DNA of 64,000 bases from a virus. How positions within the stretch are numbered: the first letter of the stretch is position 1; each line of letters starts with the position of its first letter. Below, piece after piece: positions 1 to 8,300 of this stretch. The stretch lies in the IMG/VR virus record IMGVR_UViG_3300042691_015370, positions 64,001 through 128,000 of that record; one strand, 5' to 3'. The notes beneath the pieces are model-generated. The model saw only the letters and a list, made by a program, of their open reading frames with translations, was not told where the DNA came from and ran no database searches. Position numbers and translations under genes: made by a program.

Positions 1-939
1 GGCCATCATCGCAAGGGTATGAATTGCCCAACTTGGGTTGTATAAATGAGGAAACCGTTTGGGGTTAACTAGTAAATCTCTAGGCGGAAATGGCCCTTGA
101 TAGCGCTCCCAGTTAAACAAATCCGAGAGACTCCCGCCCGCCCCATATGGAATGTCTCCACTTTCAGTCTCCATACGAACCGCAAAGCCATACCTGCTAG
201 GGTTTTGCTTTACATAAAACTTACTGCGATCATTATACACCTCGACTACTGGGCGAGAGTGAGCCGGAAATAAAAACATATAGGCAATCGCATTCCCATT
301 TTCAAGTATGTTACCTTCTTCCGGTACCCAATCTGGATCAAATTCATAAGCAAAATAACTAACACCAAGAGCTAGCAATGGAGTGTTTGCAGAAATCCAA
401 GAATAAGCACCCGGAACATCGTTAAAAATACCAGCCCAAGCAGGCTGAGTCCAAGCTTCTGTACCACTTGGGATACAAATTTGCTCAACAACCACATATG
501 ACTGAGAGGCCCTGAAGTTCTCTGGAACTGGTTCTTCAAGAGAGAAAACTCTAGCCAAGCGATTAGAGCTAATGTTACTAGCAAAACAAGTTGAATAATC
601 TATCATAAACATCTGCACCTGTGAACCGGTCGGATTAAAACCCGTTTCTACACGAGCATAACTTCCTTGTGGCAACAGAAGATTCCGAATCAAGTCAGCA
701 GCCCAAGGATTACTAGAAGTGTCAGGTATATCCGCTGGAAGAACCTGTGCCCAAGCGCCGCTTTCAATACCTTGAAGGCGGCGGATATAACCATTTGACC
801 GAATCAATCCCTCACCAGACCACTGAAGAGGAACAATGCTCGCTAGTCTACCACCGGTCTGTGGTATGAACTGCCCATTGACGATACCAGTTCCATCAAA
901 AGTGTCTCTACCAGATACATAGTTGCCAGAAACAGTCAT
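1..939 (-). CDS. Partial (3' end outside window) probable minor tail/virion protein
   Basis: Not in ORF track. ATG at 939 overlaps the stop of 936..1361 (ATGA); the frame reads MTVSGNYVSGRDTFDG... and stays open to base 1; lies in the tail gene cluster. Confidence 0.6.
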   Translation of the reverse strand, partial: MTVSGNYVSGRDTFDGTGIVNGQFIPQTGGRLASIVPLQWSGEGLIRSNGYIRRLQGIESGAWAQVLPADIPDTSSNPWAADLIRNLLLPQGSYARVETGFNPTGSQVQMFMIDYSTCFASNISSNRLARVFSLEEPVPENFRASQSYVVVEQICIPSGTEAWTQPAWAGIFNDVPGAYSWISANTPLLALGVSYFAYEFDPDWVPEEGNILENGNAIAYMFLFPAHSRPVVEVYNDRSKFYVKQNPSRYGFAVRMETESGDIPYGAGGSLSDLFNWERYQGPFPPRDLLVNPKRFPHLYNPSWAIHTLAMMA

Positions 940-1361
940 GAAACATACTCTCCAACCAACTGAATAACAACATTCTCATGTCCAGAAGCTACCAAACTTC
1001 TGATAAAAACAGGCTCAAATGGAGAAATGATAGGTGGGTTATTACTTCTTTCACTCATAAAAGTAAAGGTGGTCTGATATTTCCTAGGAGAGAGTGACTT
1101 CACTGCAAGTGACGTTTCCTGTCGTGGATCATCTAGACGAATGACTTGCAACAAACCCCAAAATTCGTCAGTAGGCGGTAAATTGCTAGCGGTAATAGTT
1201 CCACCAGTCAAAAGCAATGATCGTGCCGGGTACCACAGTCCAGAGTCCGAAACATCAAGCGGGCCATATAGGCTAAAGGGCGGAATTGTAGCGTATTCAC
1301 GACGACGACTACGAGGACGTGCAGGAGACTCGTCGCGAGTAAAGTACATTTTCATGATCAA
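936..1361 (-). CDS. Hypothetical minor tail/virion protein
   Basis: Coupled by overlapping stop/start to both neighbours; beta-rich composition; tail cluster. Confidence 0.55.
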   Translation of the reverse strand: MIMKMYFTRDESPARPRSRRREYATIPPFSLYGPLDVSDSGLWYPARSLLLTGGTITASNLPPTDEFWGLLQVIRLDDPRQETSLAVKSLSPRKYQTTFTFMSERSNNPPIISPFEPVFIRSLVASGHENVVIQLVGEYVS

Positions 1362-2362
1362 CCACCATATCCCGGTGGCGTTTCATCTGCTTCATACCAC
1401 TCTCCATCCCAGAATCCAGCACTACCGGGTCGCCACTGAACCTGTGGCCTAACAATTATCTCATATTCCGGTGGAGTTTGGTCCGCACGGTACCAATGAC
1501 CGTTCCAGTAACCAGCATGGCCCGGACGCCACTGAACCTGTGGCCTAATAGCACCATCATCTGGATATCCGGGTGGGGTTTCGTCTGCTCTGTACCACTG
1601 ACCGTTCCACCAACCAGCAGTACCCTTAAATCCAGCCAAGTACTTTGCGTACTCAGCCTGATAATACTTAGTGCTTCGACTAACCATACCACCATTGCCA
1701 TCAGGGACCATATCTTGAGCAAATACCATAGGTGGCTGCAATGCTCTCCAAGCCTCGTAGGACAAAGGGGAACCGTTTTCGGCCGGGGGCTTCCACTTAG
1801 AGGCAGCCTTAACAAAGGCTGTGTCAGCAGCGTTGCCAGCCATAGTGCCGGATGAAGGATTGCTCAGAGCCATACCGGAAGCAGACCAATGTACGATGAA
1901 AGCTGTGTTGGCTGGACCATCACACACACTCACAACCTTAGCACCAATGTATTTCTGATCAGAAGGTATCGCTTCTTCCACATGCCAATCAATAACTAAG
2001 GCGGTAATAATGGGAGCTTCGCCCTCAATCATGCCACTCACAGGTTCACCGATCAAAGCAGGGAAATCTTCGCTAGGATTATTTGTCCACAACAGGTTGT
2101 CAGGACCTTTAATCTCAAAACCGAATGTAACGACTGGCACATTAGTAAAGGGAACGTTAAACCAAATATCTTTCTCCGCTTCACCGGGACCATTAACCAA
2201 GAACTTGCCATGTACTGGCACTCCACCGGCAAAAGACTCTTCCAAATCTTTCGTTCTCTTATTGATAGCATTTTGCTGAGCGTTGTGGAGGGCCGCCATC
2301 TGTGAGGCAATATTTTGCTGCATGATCCTATAGGAATTGGCGGTTTGTTGACTGAAATTCAT
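1358..2362 (-). CDS. Minor tail protein with H-type-lectin-like domain and C-terminal Trp-rich repeats
   Basis: DIWFNVPFTNVPVVTFG...VHWSASG pattern typical of small beta-sandwich tail-fibre domains; three G[WYF]W[ND]GxWYxADxTPPxY repeats. Confidence 0.55.
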   Translation of the reverse strand: MNFSQQTANSYRIMQQNIASQMAALHNAQQNAINKRTKDLEESFAGGVPVHGKFLVNGPGEAEKDIWFNVPFTNVPVVTFGFEIKGPDNLLWTNNPSEDFPALIGEPVSGMIEGEAPIITALVIDWHVEEAIPSDQKYIGAKVVSVCDGPANTAFIVHWSASGMALSNPSSGTMAGNAADTAFVKAASKWKPPAENGSPLSYEAWRALQPPMVFAQDMVPDGNGGMVSRSTKYYQAEYAKYLAGFKGTAGWWNGQWYRADETPPGYPDDGAIRPQVQWRPGHAGYWNGHWYRADQTPPEYEIIVRPQVQWRPGSAGFWDGEWYEADETPPGYGG

Positions 2363-2364
2363 GA

Positions 2365-3213
2365 CTATGCCACCACCGTTATCGTATCTTGCACAGACTT
2401 TGCTACAATATTATCGGCCAAAAACGTGACTTTTAGAACCCCAGCACCCGTAGCCGCTGGCATACCAGAAATACGATAATAATATGTGTGTGTTTCGTCC
2501 GCTACGCCTAGCGAACCTAACATTAAAGTTGTGTTGACGTTTGGTAGCTGCTGACTATAGACAACATCACCGTCTAAAGAATCCTCAAAGATCTGAATAG
2601 TGCGATTAAGTCCACGCAAGGGATTCGTAAGGATATCGGTGCGAATACGAAAGTTAGTTGCTTGATTATTTAGAGTTAACTGACCCTCAAGCTTCCAGTA
2701 GCTACCAACTGATTCATAAGTAAACCCCTCTTGTTGAGAAGCGGGCCAAAACACTACGTCAGTAGAGGCAAGCGCTGAATGAATGGGTGCAGGATCTGAA
2801 GGAGTGCCCTTGAGAGTCACGGCCAGAGCACCGTCCCAGATGTTCTCTTTAACATAAGTGATAAGATCTGCCCAATCAGAAGCTGAAAGATCGGATCTAA
2901 AGGAAAGGCCATCAAATCCATTGGCCTGATCCATAAAATCAAGCAACATCTGTTCATGATCACTATCTAAAGAGTCGGTCCATGTCACATCAATGTTCGG
3001 ACCGTACAGCTTCACGTTTGGATACATGGGACGGAACTGATCATAAAACGCATTGTAAAAGGCAATGTATCGATTAAAATCGCTGTAACCAATACCCTCC
3101 ATATCCTCCCAAACCAAAATACTATCAAATTCATATGCAGCCTGCATGCTAAGAATGTATTCAAGGTAGGTGTCTGATGGTCTAGGTGGCCCAATATCAA
3201 TAATCTCTGGCAT
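2365..3213 (-). CDS. Virion-associated protein with degenerate glycoside-hydrolase (clan GH-A/GH39-like) barrel segment
   Basis: YIAFYNAFYDQFRPMYPNVKLYGP...DFMDQANGFDGLSF resembles GH39/GH5 barrel segments. Confidence 0.4.
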   Translation of the reverse strand: MPEIIDIGPPRPSDTYLEYILSMQAAYEFDSILVWEDMEGIGYSDFNRYIAFYNAFYDQFRPMYPNVKLYGPNIDVTWTDSLDSDHEQMLLDFMDQANGFDGLSFRSDLSASDWADLITYVKENIWDGALAVTLKGTPSDPAPIHSALASTDVVFWPASQQEGFTYESVGSYWKLEGQLTLNNQATNFRIRTDILTNPLRGLNRTIQIFEDSLDGDVVYSQQLPNVNTTLMLGSLGVADETHTYYYRISGMPAATGAGVLKVTFLADNIVAKSVQDTITVVA

Positions 3214-3222
3214 AACTATCTC

Positions 3223-3726
3223 CTAAATCCATGACCAAGTAATCGAATCAAACTGCACGCTACTTGGGATGTCAGTTGTGTCTCCAGCTTCAGCGTTAAT
3301 GCCGACAGAAATAGCGAGCAATTCATTGCCGACAGGATCTGTGGGGATGAGGCGCAGAGTTGTCGGAGTTGTAGATGGACCCAACTTACTGCCCGTATAA
3401 ACCCAAGCATTTGAAGCGCCAACATCTGTCAAGGTCCAACCAGTCGCCGGTGTCGCCGTACCGGCGACTGTAAGCTCAGCCCCCGTTGGGGAAGCAAAAG
3501 CTACCATCACCGTACAATCAAAGGCTCCGGTAATCATAACACCCGCAACCTCAACATACTCGACATATGTGCAGTCTGGCGGTGGCGTGTCAGTAGGCCA
3601 AATAATCATCTGGTAGTTAGCGCCGTTGCCGCCACCCCCATCTCCAACTGAGGTTGAGAACGATCCGGTCCGAACCTGCATAACAGACTGACCGGCGTTT
3701 TGCTGTGAAATTGTATGAATAGTCAT
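3223..3726 (-). CDS. Minor tail protein (Thr-rich beta-sandwich)
   Basis: ORF tightly packed in tail cluster; Thr/Gly/Val-rich. Confidence 0.55.
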   Translation of the reverse strand: MTIHTISQQNAGQSVMQVRTGSFSTSVGDGGGGNGANYQMIIWPTDTPPPDCTYVEYVEVAGVMITGAFDCTVMVAFASPTGAELTVAGTATPATGWTLTDVGASNAWVYTGSKLGPSTTPTTLRLIPTDPVGNELLAISVGINAEAGDTTDIPSSVQFDSITWSWI

Positions 3727-3727
3727 A

Positions 3728-4552
3728 TCAGGTCAACCTTACGGAAATAGGATCTGCCTCACCAATAATATAAGACTGACCATTTAACAGTGTAGTTTCT
3801 GGAACATCAATATATGCAAGCAGTGGGGGGTCCGTCTCACTAGCATAGAATCCAATATGATTAAAAGAAGGCCAATCGCCTGTGGCGGTAAATGTGACTA
3901 TGTTGCTTTGCGTTTTGGTCGCCGGTAAAGTAGCTGTTGCCATAGACCATTCAATAAGTTGACGGACATAGCCATCGCCTGAAACTTCGGTAATATCTTG
4001 ACCATTGATATCAAGAAGTGCAACATAAAGACCAGACTCAGGACTCAAAACACTATCAAGAGCAGAGCCAGCGTATTCTGGAAGGATACGCGAATCAAGA
4101 AGATTCATCTCTGCTGTAGATTGATTATCCATATACCAAATTGGTGAGTTAAGACTAGCGTCACGAGGAACAATAAACTCTGCGAGCACCCTCACAGTAT
4201 CACCCGACACAACAGAAAAAGCAGGGTCAATTGGAATAGTGATCCAAGGTGCCCCACCGCCAGTAGGCGTAGACCACAAGCCTAAACCCACAATTGAACC
4301 CCAATTGGAGCCAGCGACAGGAAAGTCATAGTACGTAGGACTCAGACGTTCACAATAGCGTGAACCAATAGTACCTGACCACTGCATTAAAACCCTAGAG
4401 TAGTTACTGCCACCTGAAGTGGATACCTCTGTACCCGGAACATCTAAACCACTTGAGGGCAATGCTGTTAAAAGCCCAACATAGAATTCATCACCAGCCG
4501 AGCACCATTGTTGCAAAATCTGTTCATCAAAGGTAGATTCATTAGTAAACAT
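3728..4552 (-). CDS. Minor tail protein with two tandem copies of a common phage tail-fibre-base domain
   Basis: Duplicated pattern YV[GA]LL...TEVS..G.Y.R..[IM].W...F..A...W....G. Confidence 0.65.
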   Translation of the reverse strand: MFTNESTFDEQILQQWCSAGDEFYVGLLTALPSSGLDVPGTEVSTSGGSNYSRVLMQWSGTIGSRYCERLSPTYYDFPVAGSNWGSIVGLGLWSTPTGGGAPWITIPIDPAFSVVSGDTVRVLAEFIVPRDASLNSPIWYMDNQSTAEMNLLDSRILPEYAGSALDSVLSPESGLYVALLDINGQDITEVSGDGYVRQLIEWSMATATLPATKTQSNIVTFTATGDWPSFNHIGFYASETDPPLLAYIDVPETTLLNGQSYIIGEADPISVRLT

Positions 4553-4562
4553 ATCAAGACCC

Positions 4563-5378
4563 TTAGGGTAATAGTTCCCAAAAAGTAAAACATCTTTGGA
4601 ACGTCATATTGTCTGGCGGAATAAGAGCAGAACTCCCCTGCCAATCGGCGTAATGCTCAGAAGCTACCTGAAGAATGGGGCAATTAGGTCCTTGCTCTGG
4701 AAAACTTACACTTCCGTTCCAAGCTGGGAAATTAGGATTCTCTTGCTGATAGTTCGGAATAAACTTAAAGGTCGTGGCTGGAATATTTTGTCCCACCATA
4801 TTTCTTTTAACATAAACTTCCAGTCTATTAGTACCAGTAATTGGTGACTGATGTACCTGCCAGTAACTAGCGCCGGGTCCAGTAATCTCAACTGTACCTA
4901 ACAAACCCGTAGTATAACGAGGTCCAAAATATTCAAAGACGCCACCCTTCCTAAGATTCACCTTCACAAGCGAATTCCAACCAGTACCATTAACTGTCAC
5001 ATTCTCTAGCCAGATTCCAGCAAACCTTTGGAGGCCGGGGTGGTCTTCGGGAAGAAAAAGACTATCAGGTGCATAAATCTGTCCGGGGTCGTCCACAAAA
5101 GACTGAACACGTTGCTCAAATTCATTGTACACTTCGGACGCTCGCAAACCGTCAGGAAACCCCTGCACAGCACCAGCCCTTGTAGCAGGCGCAGCAGCGC
5201 CGGGCTTAAATTTCACCAAAGTGCGGTGATACTCTGGGGGTGCAAGCTCGGAAGCTGTGTGAGTAGCACCGAAACTGTTGACCGGATTAAGTCGCCAATA
5301 AACCTGAAAGTATCTTTCAGAATAACTATCTAGAGCGATTTTGGCTAAAATTAAGTTTCCATTATCATCATAAGGCAT
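4563..5378 (-). CDS. Hypothetical minor tail protein
   Basis: 271-aa ORF with RBS (GGAGG) directly after the hub gene. Confidence 0.6.
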   Translation of the reverse strand: MPYDDNGNLILAKIALDSYSERYFQVYWRLNPVNSFGATHTASELAPPEYHRTLVKFKPGAAAPATRAGAVQGFPDGLRASEVYNEFEQRVQSFVDDPGQIYAPDSLFLPEDHPGLQRFAGIWLENVTVNGTGWNSLVKVNLRKGGVFEYFGPRYTTGLLGTVEITGPGASYWQVHQSPITGTNRLEVYVKRNMVGQNIPATTFKFIPNYQQENPNFPAWNGSVSFPEQGPNCPILQVASEHYADWQGSSALIPPDNMTFQRCFTFWELLP

Positions 5379-5393
5379 GTAACCCCTCCTGTC

Positions 5394-8300
5394 TTAATAA
5401 GGGTCGGGCAGGTTGAGAAAGTCGTTCCAAACAGTTGGACCCGGACCAGTACCCTCACTAATCATAGGAGGTGGAGGCGCTGGTCCGAGGTTAAGGTAAC
5501 TATCGTGTGGTGTCGTGCGAGTAGTATTCGTTCTCTGACCGATACCACCAGATCCATCTGAGTAAGTGTTTGTATTCTCACAACCGTCAACCTGATACCA
5601 GATATAGAACTCATCAATAGTAATTGAATCACCGGAACCGTATTCAATCGCCTCAAAATCAGACCAACGCACAGTCGCTGTTGGATCGTTACAACCAGCA
5701 AAGATTTCTGACCATACGGCGACACCGTGGATTCTGTCTCCATAAGCATAGAGGTCACGAATCGTAGTAGTCACATTAGTTGTCAGGTTAGTTATCGTGC
5801 AGCGCCAGCGCGTAGTGTTTGCTGGCTCGCCACCCTGATTTGCTACCTTAAACACACGGAATCTGTATTCTGTTGCTTCATTCCATGCATAGTTGCGAGT
5901 GTTGTCGTTGCTGGCAGCAGAAGGCAGTGATGAAGTAGACCCAACCAATTGCGATGGTAGGCCCGGACCAAATTCGGTCTGACCCTCATCACTAATGTAA
6001 CCACCCCAGTTGACGGCATTGTAATCAGGGTAACCATCAATCCACTGCAAGCCACAGTGACCGCCAGACAGCACCACATTAGAAGCATCGGTAAAGTCAA
6101 GCTGCATCGCCCAGTAATACAGGTCATCAACAGTGGGCTGTTCAACAACCTCAAGAGTAACGGATACCTCTTCGTACCGAATCGGTGGGTCCTTATGCCA
6201 CCAAGCGTGGAAGGAAGAGGCCGTGCCAGTTCCAGTGCCCGGACCAATTACCACCTCTTCAAATGGAGACGGAATAATTGTCACACCACCCGCTGGGTCA
6301 AGGTCTGAAGCGATGTCTACATCTTGTGTAGCAAATTCACTATTGACGCCAAGACGATCCTCAACAACCAGAACACGCGAAGTAAAGCCCTGCAAATGGT
6401 CTGGAGTGTAGCCCAAGGTGAGGAAAAAGTCTTGACCTGAATGGCGCAGAACGGCAGCGTTGTAAGTCTCTCCATCGTCCTCATACTCCAAAGGAGTGGC
6501 TGAGGTAAACGGCCACTTTAAGCCTCGTCCGAATGACTTGTAATTAACGCAAGGGAACGTAGTTTCATCATTACTGACAACAACTTCTGGATCGTCTACC
6601 CACACTCCCCACTTGGCTCCATTGTCAGACATCCCAACAATTCCAGAAGTGAAAGTTCCAGTGACCTGAAGGTCATATGGATTCTTTGCAGCATAACCAG
6701 ACAACTCAAGGCCACGATCAGTCTCACGCTGCCATGAGTCAAGCTGATCGGAGATCACAACGTAAGGATTTTCTACCGAGTTCTGCTCCACCCACTCAGG
6801 GCCAGTGCCGGGAGTAGTGGCGTTGTCTGCAATCGTGGAAATGTAGGTTACACCATTGTAACTTACACGAGCGCCCGTTCCATATCCGCCTTCCTTCTCA
6901 GCGTCCCATGGCTCACCCTCAGCAGTAGTCACCAGCACCCAGTTATCAGCGGACCCAAGCCAGTGAGTCTGAAGATCCATGATATAGGTACCATCATCAA
7001 GGTTCATCCGAGTAGTGATCCCCTGAATTCTATGAATAAAAGTCTCGCTCGTGGAACGCTCAATTAAACGTACCTGATCATCTACGTCCAGACAAGGATT
7101 AGCTGTGGCTGTAACGGTACCAGTACGACCAGCAAAGTAGTTGTGAATACCTATAACCTCAGCCATCAACTTACGTTCATCAGCGTTCTCGAAAACGTGA
7201 GAAGTCCAGATAGATGTGCGTGGAATGTGACGACTGCTCGGCACGCCCGGTCTGACCTCTTCGTTAGCGAATGGAGGGAAGTGTTGCACATGCCCAGTAC
7301 GGCTTATGTCCTGAGGGTCAGGTGTCTCGGTGCCGATCAAAATCTGCCAACGCTTATCAGTGTTATTGATAGTGGCAGAGTATGACATAAGATCCACTTC
7401 TTCATGAATCTCTGGAATAAAGGGCTGAGCACCAGTATCCTCTACCCATTGCTCTGGGATGCGGAAAACTTCCCCATCTTCTTCATAGGTCCAAATACGC
7501 CAGCCATTGTAGTCAAAGTTGCCCGATCTCCACCAGTTAGGTGAACGGAACCTAAGTCCACCCTCCTGATCAACGTACACAACATAACCAACCACTTCAG
7601 CAAGCTCACGAATAACGTCGATAATGTACTTCTTGTCCCACTTATCGCCCTGAATCTCAATGTCTTGCTTAATGGCGGTGGTTTCAATACCACCAAGCAT
7701 ATTGATCTGCTCGTACTGCTCTAGTGTACCTGCGGTATTAGAGGTTGGATCATAGTTTCCGTACTCATCAACGGTATAGCCCTCTGGCGCAGTAACTTGA
7801 ATACTGCTCTGATCCTTGATCTCTTCAAAGAAGGTAAAGCCCGCCCACATAGCAAGCTCTTTCACAATCTGTGCGTAGTCACCATCAAAGTTACCCTCAT
7901 GCCAACGATACCCAGTCAAACCATTCCAACCGGGGTTACCCCAGTCGGTCGCCTCATGGAAGTACACCTCACCATCAGCACGCAAAACCCAGTAACCACG
8001 ACCATCTTGGTCACGAGCCATTGAATAGAACAATCTCTTGTAGTAATCCAACTCTGGATCTAGACGTGAACCACCAACGGCTACGTTGTTCTCAAACTGT
8101 TTGTTAATTGAATCAAGTTCCAGCGGACCCTTCGAAACCGCATCGCCAAAAGCAGCCACTAGACCCGAGTTAAACAGAATCCAATAGCCATCGCCAGTGT
8201 CTGTTGAAGTAATGTCTACCGCGTAATCAAAGAGCTTCAAAGTAAAGCTACTATCCGCACCTTCATTGTAGATACGATTTTTGAGTTCACCATGATGGAC

